This document shows, piece after piece, positions 8,858 through 18,519 of a stretch of DNA of 64,000 nt. Every line of letters starts with the position of its first letter. The first letter of the stretch is position 1. A program made the translations under genes and the position numbers. The notes beneath the pieces were generated by a model, which was not told where the DNA came from, did no database searches, and saw only the letters and a program-made list of their open reading frames with translations. The stretch is from Candidatus Latescibacterota bacterium (lineage in GTDB: Bacteria; Latescibacterota; UBA2968; UBA8231): positions 3,264,001 to 3,328,000 of the forward strand of contig CBDETY010000003.1 in assembly GCA_965243025.1 (NCBI GenBank), written 5' to 3'.

Positions 8858-9751
8858 TCAACCCCCGGCCAGCCCCTGGTGGGCGTAATGCCAGTCCTCC
8901 AGGTGGTTGAGCAGCACTCCTGAAGTCCACGTCGGGGGACGCTGCAGGGCGGCGTGGATCTCCGCCTGTTTGGAGGCGATGTGCTCGCGCTCGAGCAGGC
9001 GCCGGTTGAAGGCCGCCACCGCCCCTTCCTCGACGACACCTTCCCGCCGCACCCAGTCCTCGAATTCGAGGTAGGCCGGCAGCTCCTCGCGGAGGAACGC
9101 CAGGGCGGCGTCCTCATCCACCTGCAGGGTGCGCAGGCAGCGCTGGTCGAGGCTGCCCTCGGCGCAGTCGGGGTAGTCGGGATGCAGCAGCCCCCTGGCG
9201 CGCAGGCAGGTCTTGAGCCAGGTGCGGGGCAGCTGGCAGATCCCCAGGGGGCCCCGGTCGATGCTGCTGAGGACGGGGGCCACGGGTCCGGACAGGCCCG
9301 GCGCCCCGGGAGTGAGGATGCGAGCGAAGACCTGGCGGTGGAACAGCTTCCAGTCCTGCAGGCAGTTGAGCAGCACCGCCGAAACCTCGGTCACCTCCTC
9401 CTGCGGCCAGCCTATGTCGCCGTAGGTCTCGTCGATCTTTTCCGGGATATGGTGGGGGCGCTGCGCCAGGGCCTTGTTCCAGCGCTCGATGCGGGCGTTG
9501 TCCCGGGTGCCTTCGGCGATCGCCCACTCCTCGAACTGCAGGTAGGAAGGGCGCTGGTCCCACAGGAACTGCAGGGTGCTGTCCTGGTCGAGACACAGCA
9601 CCTCCAGCACGTACTTGTCGAGGCCGCCGCTGCAATGGGGGTAGCCGGGGTCGAGCCGCCCGGCCTGGTGGAGGAGGTTCTTCCACCACAGGCGCGGCAG
9701 CTGGGCCACGCCGAGCGGGCCCTTGCACAGGGTGCTGATCAATGGTATCAC
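8858..9751 (-). CDS. Hypothetical protein with two tandem homologous domains (DUF5069-like)
   Basis: GPLGVAQLPRLWWK...YPHC..GLD...RPSYLQFEEW recurs as GPLGICQLPRTWLK...YPDC..GSLD...LPAYLEFEDW. Confidence 0.75.
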   Translation of the reverse strand: MIPLISTLCKGPLGVAQLPRLWWKNLLHQAGRLDPGYPHCSGGLDKYVLEVLCLDQDSTLQFLWDQRPSYLQFEEWAIAEGTRDNARIERWNKALAQRPHHIPEKIDETYGDIGWPQEEVTEVSAVLLNCLQDWKLFHRQVFARILTPGAPGLSGPVAPVLSSIDRGPLGICQLPRTWLKTCLRARGLLHPDYPDCAEGSLDQRCLRTLQVDEDAALAFLREELPAYLEFEDWVRREGVVEEGAVAAFNRRLLEREHIASKQAEIHAALQRPPTWTSGVLLNHLEDWHYAHQGLAGG

Positions 9752-9764
9752 GTTTCCGCTCCTT

Positions 9765-11147
9765 TCAGACGATCTCCGCTCCCCAGAACCCCAGCATCGG
9801 CAGGAAGCGCTCCATGTCCGCGGGCACGGTGGCCGGGTCCTTGCCGCAGCCGCCGTGGACCCGGGGCTCCCCTTGCAGGGGCCGTTCCAGAATCAGCTCG
9901 ACGCGGTGGTCCTGCGGGTAGACCACCTTTGTCACCGGCACCTCGCCCGCCTCATCCTCGACCCGGAAGCTGTCGGCCTCCGGGTCGATGCTGTCCATGC
10001 GACTCTCGACGTCGGCAAACTCCAGCTCGACTCGGTCCCCCCGCCTCCGGGCCGCGGCCAGGTCCGGCGCCTTCCAGGCCACCTGCCTGCCGTACGCCAG
10101 CCCCAGGGCCGCCTGCGCCAGCCGCTCCCCCAGGAGCATGTTGCCGGCGGGGCTGGTGTGGATGAGGTCCGAAAGCGGCAGGTCGAGGGCCGGCACCACA
10201 CCTACACCCGGGGTTTGCCTGGCAACCTGCCGCTGCGCTTCGCGCACCTGGCTCCAGCGCCGGTCGGCATCCGGGTCCGCGGGTTGGTACACGCGGTTCA
10301 GCTGCACGGTGAGCACCGGCAGCTCCGGGGCCGCGAGGGCTTCCCGCCAGGCGGCGAGCGCCCGCCGGAAACGCTGCGCATAGCTGGCCGCGTCGGCATC
10401 GGTCCCGGTATCGCTCTCCCCCTGGTACCACACGATCCCCCGGACCTTTCCCCCGACTTTCCCCACGCACCGCACCATGTTGTCGAACAGGTCCGCGGCC
10501 CCGGGCTCGTCCGGATTCCACCGGCTGAGCGGGGAGCCCCCCAGCGAGGTCTGCACCAGACCCACCGGGTGGGAGAGCGTCCTTTTGAGGGTGCGCGCGA
10601 ACTGCAGGTAGGGGGAGTGCCCCGGGTTGGCGGCCTCCCGGTTCACGGCGTGCCGGGTTTCGGTCGATTCGTTCATGGGGTGCGCGGCCAGGGCCCACTG
10701 CTCGCTGTTCCTGAACAGGTGCACACCCAGTTCGGGCGGGTCCTCGTACGGGCCGCGGCCGTACCCGGCGGAGTTGCTCTGCCCGGCGATCACCCACAGA
10801 TCCCCGGTTCCCAGGAAGTGCCGCATGTCGCCCCGGGGCGACCATTCCCCGGCCGGGTTCTCGGCGGTCCGCAGCCGCGTCTCCAGCCGGTACAGCCCTC
10901 CCGCGGGTATGTTCTCCAACACCGCTTTCCAGGCGCCGCCCTTTTCGGTCGGTACCGGCTGCCAGTCCAAGCCGGCCGCAACCGCCGCCCCGGTATCCTC
11001 CCGCACCAGGCGCACCTCCACCTGTCCGGCGGTCTCGAACTTCCACTTCCCCTGCAGCTCGATCCTCCCCTTCCCCCGCCCGTCCTGCTGCAGGATCTGC
11101 CAGTCCGCCGGCCCACGCTCGATTATCGCACCGATCTGCTCTTCCAT
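9765..11147 (-). CDS. Sialate O-acetylesterase (SASA/SGNH) domain protein
   Basis: GDLWVIAGQSN, GIVWYQGESD and DLIHT motifs; start at MEEQIG (the ORF track extends it upstream). Confidence 0.85.
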   Translation of the reverse strand: MEEQIGAIIERGPADWQILQQDGRGKGRIELQGKWKFETAGQVEVRLVREDTGAAVAAGLDWQPVPTEKGGAWKAVLENIPAGGLYRLETRLRTAENPAGEWSPRGDMRHFLGTGDLWVIAGQSNSAGYGRGPYEDPPELGVHLFRNSEQWALAAHPMNESTETRHAVNREAANPGHSPYLQFARTLKRTLSHPVGLVQTSLGGSPLSRWNPDEPGAADLFDNMVRCVGKVGGKVRGIVWYQGESDTGTDADAASYAQRFRRALAAWREALAAPELPVLTVQLNRVYQPADPDADRRWSQVREAQRQVARQTPGVGVVPALDLPLSDLIHTSPAGNMLLGERLAQAALGLAYGRQVAWKAPDLAAARRRGDRVELEFADVESRMDSIDPEADSFRVEDEAGEVPVTKVVYPQDHRVELILERPLQGEPRVHGGCGKDPATVPADMERFLPMLGFWGAEIV

Positions 11148-11193
11148 TCCCTGCCTTCCCGCAAGAATCCAATTCTCATCGGGGACCGGCCCC

Positions 11194-12801
11194 TTACCCG
11201 CCCAGCCGCTCCCTGAGCAGCGCCGCCACCTCCCCGTGCCCCTCCTTCTCGGCCCGGTGGAGCGGCTGCGCCCAGGGCGACTGCGCAGGCGCGGCCGGGT
11301 CGGCGCCCTGCTCCAGCAGGAACCGCGCCATCTCCTCCTGTCCCGCGCGCGCCGCGGCGGCCAGGGGCGTGCCCCCGTACTCGAGCTCGACCGCGTCGAT
11401 GTCGGCCCCGGATTCCAGGTAGACGCGGGCGGCGGCGACGTCCCCCTTTTCCGCGCAGCCGTGCAGGAAGGTGCGGCCGATCCAGTTGGGGCGGTCGAGG
11501 TCGAGGCCGCGGCCGGCAAGGGCGCGGATCGTGTCGGGGTCGGAAGGGTAGTTGCCGCCCCAGATGTCGGTAAGCTGGAGAAGCTCTCCTGCATTCGGCA
11601 CGGTTTCCAGGAAAAGTCCGATGAGCCCGGGATTGTCGCGCCCCATCACCTCGTGCAGCAGTTGCGGGTCCGCAACCCCCTGCTTCCCCTCGCGCAGGGC
11701 CCGTTCCAGCTCGGCGTCGTCCATGGCATACGAGGGGGTCACCGCTCCGTGCCCGCGCAGCAGGGCCTGCATCGGACCGCCCTTCTCTCCGTGGTTGTGC
11801 TCGACGATGGTCAGGCAGGTGCCGGAGGAGTCGACCCCGGCGTTGGGATCGGCGCCGCGTTCGAGCAGCAGTCTCGCCGTCTCCAGGTGGTTTCCCGCGG
11901 AAGCGCCGAACAGGGCCCCGCCCTGAGGCGCGAGTTCCTCGGGCCGGTTGGGATCGGCGCCGTGGCCCAGCAGTTTTTCGACGATCCGGGTATGGCCGTT
12001 GCGGGCCGCGCAGGAGAGCGGACTTCGCCTTCCGGCATCGAGGTCGCGGGCCTGGGCGGGATCGGCCGCCAGCACCGCATCGACGCGGTCCTCGTCGCCG
12101 GCGGCGCAGGCAATGCTCAGGGCGTACTCGGCGCCGCATTCCAGCAGGTGGCGGGTGACCGTCCAGGAGTCCTGCGGGGCTTCCGGGGGCAGGTCGCGGG
12201 TCCGGTACCAGTAGTCGCCGTTGAGCGAGACCAGCAGCGGAGTCTGGCCGTCGGCGCGGCCGGCTTCGAGGTCCGCTCCCCGGGAGACGAGGAGATCCAC
12301 CAGGTCGTTCTGGCGCGTCAGCGCCGCCCAGTGCAGCGGCCCGTTTCCCAGGGCGTCCGCGGCGCGGATGAAACCGGGGTGCCCGGCCAGCAGCGCCTCG
12401 ACCCGGTCGCGGGCGCGGTCCTTGATCGCCTCTGCCAGCGCGGCAAACCCCGGATCGTAGCCGAAGCGCTCGCGCATCGCCGCCGCCAGCAGCGCCCGCA
12501 CCTCCCGGTAGCCGCGCTCCTCCGCCACGGCAAGCAGTTTGTCCCACGAGTTGCCGGTGTAGCGCGACTGTCCGGGATCGGCCCCCGCCCGCAGCAGCAG
12601 CTCCACCACCTCGGCGCGACCCTCGCGCACCGCCATGTGAACGGGGAACTGGTACCAGTGCTGGGCGTTGACCAGCCTCGGGTCGCGGTCGAGCAAGGCC
12701 CTGACCTGAGCAGTATCCCCTGCCCCGCTGGCGCAGAACAGCGCCCAGGCATCGTTCCCGTCCACCGTCTCCACCCCGTACTGGTAGCGCCCGGTCTTCA
12801 T
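11194..12801 (-). CDS. Ankyrin repeat protein
   Basis: Multiple ankyrin repeats: GNGPLHWAA, GQTPLL, RSPLSCAARNGH, GGTPLAAAARAGQEEMARFLLEQGAD. Start 12801 or 12828. Confidence 0.9.
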   Translation of the reverse strand: MKTGRYQYGVETVDGNDAWALFCASGAGDTAQVRALLDRDPRLVNAQHWYQFPVHMAVREGRAEVVELLLRAGADPGQSRYTGNSWDKLLAVAEERGYREVRALLAAAMRERFGYDPGFAALAEAIKDRARDRVEALLAGHPGFIRAADALGNGPLHWAALTRQNDLVDLLVSRGADLEAGRADGQTPLLVSLNGDYWYRTRDLPPEAPQDSWTVTRHLLECGAEYALSIACAAGDEDRVDAVLAADPAQARDLDAGRRSPLSCAARNGHTRIVEKLLGHGADPNRPEELAPQGGALFGASAGNHLETARLLLERGADPNAGVDSSGTCLTIVEHNHGEKGGPMQALLRGHGAVTPSYAMDDAELERALREGKQGVADPQLLHEVMGRDNPGLIGLFLETVPNAGELLQLTDIWGGNYPSDPDTIRALAGRGLDLDRPNWIGRTFLHGCAEKGDVAAARVYLESGADIDAVELEYGGTPLAAAARAGQEEMARFLLEQGADPAAPAQSPWAQPLHRAEKEGHGEVAALLRERLGG

Positions 12802-12884
12802 GCTTTCCGGCTGGGCAAGCCGGGCCATTCGCTGCGCGAAACCCTCCCCGGAAGGAGGAGCCCGCCGCCGCGGTTCCCGTCCGC

Positions 12885-13877
12885 TCATTCTATGGATTCC
12901 ATGCGCGCGTCGGACGCACCTACCGGGCAGGTATGGACCTCGACCGCCACGTGCACGAGGCCGAGGTTGCCGGGAATGCGCTCCTTGTACTGTCCCGGCA
13001 TCGCGGGACGGTGGGCCACGACGGCGATCAGGGCCGAGTAGATATCCGGACCGATGGACCACAGGTGGAGGTCGGTGACCTTGCTGTCCCCGTCCTGTTC
13101 GATGCTGTCGGTGATCCGGTCGCGGATCGATTCGGGACCCTGCCTGTCGAGGAGAATCCCGCTGGTGGTTCGCAGCAGGCCGAACGACCAGCTGGCCACG
13201 AGCACGGCGCCGACGATCCCCACCGCCGGATCCATCCACGCCAACCCGTAATACTTGGCGGAAAGCAGGGCGGCGATCGCCAGCAGCGACGTCAGGGCGT
13301 CGGCCAGCACGTGCAGGTAGGCGGCCTTCAGGTTGTGGTCGTGGTGCCCGTGATCGTGGTGCCCGTGATGGTGATGGTCGTGCCCATGGCCGCCGTGTCC
13401 ATGGTCGTGCCCATGGCGGCCGTCCCCCCGGAGGATGAAGGCGCTGGCTCCGTTGACGAGCAGCCCGGCTACGGCCACCAGCAGGGCCTGATCGAAGATT
13501 ATCTCCACCGGATGCAGGAGCCGGTCGCAGCTCTCCCAGGCCATCAGCAGGGCGAACAGGGCCAGCAGCAGGGCGCCGGTGAACCCCCCCAGGGCGTTGA
13601 CCTTGCCGGTGCCGAGGGTGAACCCCTGGTCGTGGGCGTGGCGCCGCGCATAGATGTAGGCCAGCGCCGCGATCCCGAGGGCCGCGGCATGCGAAGCCAT
13701 GTGCAGACCGTCGGCCAGCAAGGCCATCGATCCCGTGAGGATTCCGGCGGCGATCTCGACCGCCATCATGGTGCCGGTGACGGCGATGACGATCAGCGTC
13801 CTGCGCTCCCCCGGCCGTTTCAGATCCTGCCCGAACGTATGGCCGTGCCGCCAGACATGAAGGTTGTCAGTGTGCAT
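12885..13877 (-). CDS. dmeF: CDF family Co(II)/Ni(II) efflux transporter with His-rich loop
   Basis: GSMALLADGLHMASH, GTGKV, poly-His loop, DHNLKAAYLHVLADALTS, DLHLW. Confidence 0.85.
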   Translation of the reverse strand: MHTDNLHVWRHGHTFGQDLKRPGERRTLIVIAVTGTMMAVEIAAGILTGSMALLADGLHMASHAAALGIAALAYIYARRHAHDQGFTLGTGKVNALGGFTGALLLALFALLMAWESCDRLLHPVEIIFDQALLVAVAGLLVNGASAFILRGDGRHGHDHGHGGHGHDHHHHGHHDHGHHDHNLKAAYLHVLADALTSLLAIAALLSAKYYGLAWMDPAVGIVGAVLVASWSFGLLRTTSGILLDRQGPESIRDRITDSIEQDGDSKVTDLHLWSIGPDIYSALIAVVAHRPAMPGQYKERIPGNLGLVHVAVEVHTCPVGASDARMESIE

Positions 13878-14072
13878 TCCCTGTCGCTCCCCGGTTTCGG
13901 CAAGCTCCGTTCCGCTTTACCCAGGTTTCAAAATGCAAGGCGATTCCCTTCCCGCTCCCGCCAGCCAGCCCCCTTCCAGTGTCGCGTCCCAGGAATCCCT
14001 TGCCGTTTCCGGCGACGATCCATCCCGCCTGAGCCACGGGATTTTTCAGTTACGTGGGACGCGACAGATCGT

Positions 14073-16049
14073 TTACTGATCGCCGACACGGTCCAACGCC
14101 TCCGGCAGCCCCGGCACGGACTCCGCCCCGGCCGGGACGGTTATCGAGGAACCTGCCAGGTCGTCCCCGGCCGGCTCGTAACGGCCGCCCAGGCAGCTCG
14201 CCAGGAAAGCCTCGGTCACCGCGAAGAAGGAGAGGTTGTTCTCCGGACGGGCGAAACCGTGGCCCTCGTCCGGGTAGAGGACGTAGGTCACCGGGATCTC
14301 CTTCTCCCGCATCGCCTGCACGATCTGGTCCGACTCCGACTGCTTCACCCTGGGATCGTTGGCGCCCTGGCCGATCAGCAGGGGGCGGCGGATGCGGTCG
14401 ACGTGCGTCAGGGGTGACCGCTGCTGCAGGAACTCCCGGCCCTCCTCCGTCCGGTGGTCCCCGACGCGGCTGGCGAACAAGTCGACCTGGGGCTCCCAGT
14501 AGGGCGGTATGGACTCGAGCAGGGTGACCAGGTTGGAAGGGCCGACGATGTCGACGCCGCAGGCGAAGGTCTCCGGGGTGAAGGTCATGCCCACCAGGGT
14601 GGCGTAACCGCCGTAGCTGCCGCCCATTACCGCCACCCGCTCCGGGTCGGCGATACCCTGGGCGACCGCCCAGTTCACCGCGTCGATCAGGTCGTCGTGC
14701 ATCCTGCCGGCCCATTCGCGGTTGGCGGCGTTGACGAACTGCTTCCCGAACCCGGTGGAGCCGCGGAAGTTCACGCTGAGGACGGCGTAGCCGCGGTTGG
14801 CCAGCAGCTGAAAACCCGGGTCGTACCCCCATGCATCCCGCCCCCAGGGACCGCCGTGCACCATCAGCACCATCGGTGCCGGCCGGGCGGGGCGGCCGCT
14901 GCCGTCCGGGTCCGTTTCCCGGGGCAGGGAGTAATAGCAGACCAGGTCGAGCCCGTCCCGGGACGGGATCACCGCCGGATGCATCTTCACCAGGGGCAGT
15001 CCCTCCAGGGCGCTGCGGTTGGTGAACAGGAACCGGGCTTCCCCGCGCCCGCGCAAATACCGGTAGTAGCGCACCGGTCCGTCGTCGAGCAGGTACGCGA
15101 CGATCCAGCAGCTGTCGTCCAGGGTGCGGCTGACCACCTCGATTTCGCCGGGAGCGACCGTTTCCAGGTATTCCAGGTCCTGGGCAATCAACTCGTCGAG
15201 GACCTTCCAGCTCTTCCGTTCGTAGTTGAAGGAAACGGCCTGGATCGTCTTTTCCGTGGGATGGACCATGACGCCGCCCGCGTCCGAGCGGGGGTCGGCG
15301 GCCAGCACGGTCTCGGCGCCGGCGTCCAGGTCCAGGGATTTCAGGGCCGCGGTGTTCCTGGCCCGGCTGTCGGTCATGTAGAGCACCCTGCCGCTGCGGT
15401 CGAAGCCCATGGGCCAGGTGGTCATCGAGTCCTCCATGCCTATGGCGAACAGGGAGACCCACTCGTTGTCCCCTGTTTTCCGCAGGTACTCGGAACCGCC
15501 GTCGGGGGTCTGGCGGACGCCGAACCGCAGGTTGAACCCCTCGTCGGTGACGAACCAGGAAAACTGCTCGTTGCGCTGCACCAGGGTGCGTTCCCCGGTA
15601 GCCAGGTCGATGCGGTGGATGTCGTGGAACCGGGGGTCGCGGTCGTTGAGGCCGACCAGGAGATGCCGCGGATGCTGCGGGCTGACCTGCTGAACCTCGG
15701 CGCGCACCCCTTCGATCGGGGTCAGGTCCCGGATCTCGCCGGAGTCGAGGTCGACGGTGTATATGTGCCAGTTCTCGTCGCCGTCGCTGTCCTGCAGGTA
15801 GACGATCCGGGAAGGGGAGTAGGTCCAGGAGTACATGCGGACCCCCCGGCCGGTGTCCCTGGTGACCGGACGGGCTTCGGCCGGCTTCTCCGCCGGAGCC
15901 GCCCAGACGTTGAGCACGCCCTCGACCGGGGCCAGCCAGCCGAGCCAGGCGCCGTCCGGACTGATCTGCGGCGATGCCTTGTCCGGGTTGCCGAGGAAAA
16001 CCTGCCGCCGAATCAGCCGCGGGGCATCATTCCGGACCGGGGAATTCAT
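14073..16049 (-). CDS. S9 family peptidase (acylaminoacyl/dipeptidyl aminopeptidase)
   Basis: VHGGPW, GGSYGG nucleophile, GANDPRV, DEGHGF catalytic motifs. Confidence 0.92.
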   Translation of the reverse strand: MNSPVRNDAPRLIRRQVFLGNPDKASPQISPDGAWLGWLAPVEGVLNVWAAPAEKPAEARPVTRDTGRGVRMYSWTYSPSRIVYLQDSDGDENWHIYTVDLDSGEIRDLTPIEGVRAEVQQVSPQHPRHLLVGLNDRDPRFHDIHRIDLATGERTLVQRNEQFSWFVTDEGFNLRFGVRQTPDGGSEYLRKTGDNEWVSLFAIGMEDSMTTWPMGFDRSGRVLYMTDSRARNTAALKSLDLDAGAETVLAADPRSDAGGVMVHPTEKTIQAVSFNYERKSWKVLDELIAQDLEYLETVAPGEIEVVSRTLDDSCWIVAYLLDDGPVRYYRYLRGRGEARFLFTNRSALEGLPLVKMHPAVIPSRDGLDLVCYYSLPRETDPDGSGRPARPAPMVLMVHGGPWGRDAWGYDPGFQLLANRGYAVLSVNFRGSTGFGKQFVNAANREWAGRMHDDLIDAVNWAVAQGIADPERVAVMGGSYGGYATLVGMTFTPETFACGVDIVGPSNLVTLLESIPPYWEPQVDLFASRVGDHRTEEGREFLQQRSPLTHVDRIRRPLLIGQGANDPRVKQSESDQIVQAMREKEIPVTYVLYPDEGHGFARPENNLSFFAVTEAFLASCLGGRYEPAGDDLAGSSITVPAGAESVPGLPEALDRVGDQ

Positions 16050-16144
16050 CGAATCATTGCCTCCTGTTCCACCTCTCGTCGGGTTCCTTGTAATCGCGCC
16101 GGACGCACCGGTGGACCGTACCTCCGCTTCCGGGGCTCCTGGAT

Positions 16145-17620
16145 CTATTCGCGCTCAACTGTCATCCCTCTGCCTCGCTTTTGGCGCAGGCACCACTCAT
16201 AAGGACCGGGCCCGGTGCGCCCGATCATCGCGGCGATCTGCCCCCGCATCGCGGCGGCCCGCTCCGTGAAACCGCCATCGCCGGCGAGGTTGTCCATCTC
16301 GCCCGGGTCGGCGTCGAGGTCGTACAGCTCGTCGATATCGAAGCGGTTGAGGACATACTTCCAGTTGCCGTCGCGGACCATCACGTGGGCGGCGAGCTGT
16401 TCCGGCTCCCCGGCGCCGTGGTAGATGGCTTCCTGGCTGGCGATCTCGGCGAAAATGGGCATGGGGTCCGGCTCCCGGCCGTTCCGTATCGCCTCTGCGA
16501 CGGAACGCCCGTCGACCGGGGCCGGCGGAGTTTCATCTGCCAGTTCGAGCAGCGTCGGCATCAGATCGACCCCGGCCAGCGGCGCCGACACCCGCAGCCC
16601 TGCGGGCAGCTGTTCAGGCCATGAAATCAGGCAGGGAACCCGAACCGACGCTTCGTACATAAGGCATTTCTCGACGTATCCATGGTCGCCCAGCAGTTCA
16701 CCGTGGTCACTCATGAATACGACAATCGTATTGTCGAAAAGATCCCCTTCTTCGAGGGCTTCGAGGATGCGCCCCACCTGGGCGTCGATGTGGGTGACCA
16801 GAGCGTAGTAGAAGGCGGTCATGCGGCGGAATTCCGCGTCGGTCACCGAAGGCCGGATGCGGAACTTTCCCCGCTTCTGAAAGTCCGGTTTCCCCTCGAG
16901 CGGATCCCGAAGGGAGGAAGGGAGCGGCATCCGTTCCTCGGGGTAGTTCTCCAGCAGCTCGGGCGGTACCAGGATCAGGGGATGAGGATCCTTTACGCTG
17001 GCGAACAGGAAGAACGGGTCATCCCCTTTCTGCCGGATGAACTCGAGAGACCGGTCTATGGTCCAGGTCGTGCGCTGCTGCCGGGGGTCATCGATCGTTC
17101 CGAACCCGAGGGTGTTTTCGTACAGGGTCATCCCCGGGGCGTCCGCGCCATACAGGTTGGGAACCCCTTCCCGTTGGAAGTACTCGAACAGCGGATCGGG
17201 ATGCTCCCCCAGGTAACGGTAGGTGCACCAGAAGTCGGTGAACCCGTGCTGCGGGCGGTGATCCTCCCCCAGGTGCCAGGGTCCGACCATGCCGCAGCGG
17301 TATCCCGCCGCTTTCAGGACATCCCCGACGGTAACGCAGCCGGCAGGCAGGGAGGCGCCGAACTCCCCGATTCTGGCGGGGCCGTAGTTGCGCAGCTGCA
17401 GGTGGGCGTGCGGGTAGAGTCCGGTAAGCCAGCTCGCCCGCGCCGGGGAACAGACCGGGGAAGCGCAGCAGGCGTTCTCGAAGCAGACACCGCCCGCGGC
17501 CAGGCGGTCGAGGTTCGGCGTCCGGACCGTGGGGTTGCCGGCGAATCCGGCCGCGTCCCAGCGCATCTGGTCGCACATGATCAGCACGATGTTCGGGCGT
17601 GGGTCCGGCCTGACGCTCAT
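16145..17620 (-). CDS. Formylglycine-dependent sulfatase (no signal peptide)
   Basis: PNIVLIMCDQ, CSPARAS (CxPxR), SDHGELLGDHG, DELYDL. Confidence 0.92.
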   Translation of the reverse strand: MSVRPDPRPNIVLIMCDQMRWDAAGFAGNPTVRTPNLDRLAAGGVCFENACCASPVCSPARASWLTGLYPHAHLQLRNYGPARIGEFGASLPAGCVTVGDVLKAAGYRCGMVGPWHLGEDHRPQHGFTDFWCTYRYLGEHPDPLFEYFQREGVPNLYGADAPGMTLYENTLGFGTIDDPRQQRTTWTIDRSLEFIRQKGDDPFFLFASVKDPHPLILVPPELLENYPEERMPLPSSLRDPLEGKPDFQKRGKFRIRPSVTDAEFRRMTAFYYALVTHIDAQVGRILEALEEGDLFDNTIVVFMSDHGELLGDHGYVEKCLMYEASVRVPCLISWPEQLPAGLRVSAPLAGVDLMPTLLELADETPPAPVDGRSVAEAIRNGREPDPMPIFAEIASQEAIYHGAGEPEQLAAHVMVRDGNWKYVLNRFDIDELYDLDADPGEMDNLAGDGGFTERAAAMRGQIAAMIGRTGPGPYEWCLRQKRGRGMTVERE

Positions 17621-17624
17621 TCAC

Positions 17625-18479
17625 TCAAACCTCCCGGCGAGGCGGATCGTACCTGGGAAAGAACGCCCCCTCACCGCATTGCCCTTCCCCGACCTTGGCC
17701 GCCTGCCCGCCGCCGGTAACCGGAAACCTCGCCCCGTCCAGTCCCGGCAGGACGTAGCGGTCGAACCAGGCGCTCATCTGTAGGCGCATGTTCGCTATCA
17801 GTGCCTTCCGCGACCTGTCTTCCACCAGGTTGCTCCGCTCCCCCGGGTCGTTCACCAGGTCGTAGAGCTCGTGGGGACCGTACGGATACCGGTGGACGTA
17901 CTTCCACTCCCGCGTGCGGATCATGCGCACCGGACCGTACTCGTCGAAGACGACGATCTCCTCCCCGGCGTCGTTCGTCTCTCCGACAGCGCGGGGAGGA
18001 AGCTCCTGCCGGGGGACATGTCGTCGTTCGGATCCGGCAGGCGGAGGTAGTCGAGCAGGGTCGGCATGAAGTCGTACTGGCTCACCATCGCCTCGCTGAC
18101 CCGTCCGGCGGGGATCCTGCCGGGGTGGCTGACGATGAAGGGGACCTTCACGGAGTTCTCGTACATGTTCAGCGGGAAGGTGCCGTTCCCCTTGTGCCAG
18201 AACCCGTGGTGTCCGCACGAGTACCCGTTGTCGCTGCTGAAGGCGACCAGGGTGTTGTCGCGGATACCGAGCTGCCCCAGCCGTTCGAGGATCCGCCCGA
18301 CGTTTAGGTCGAGGGCCGTTATTGCCGCCGGCCGGCATGGCGAACCAGTGGCTGAAGCCGCCTTCCGAGGCCAGCCGGTCGAGAAAGGGGGTCCGTATCT
18401 CGTCGTTGCCGCAGCAGCCGGCGGCCCACGGCCCCCGGTCGTCCGTCAGGATGAAAACGAGGTTGGGTTTCTTCTCCAT
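17625..18479 (-). pseudogene. Sulfatase pseudogene with internal deletions and frameshifts
   Basis: MEKKPNLVFILTDD...RTPFLDRLASEG jumps straight to GFSHWF, losing CxPxR. Later pieces (SDNGYSCGHHG, MYENSVKVP, HELYDLVNDPGE) lie in different frames. Confidence 0.8.
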
Positions 18480-18519
18480 TCCCGGGCCAGGGCTCCCCGG
18501 TAAACCTCCAGCCGGCTCC

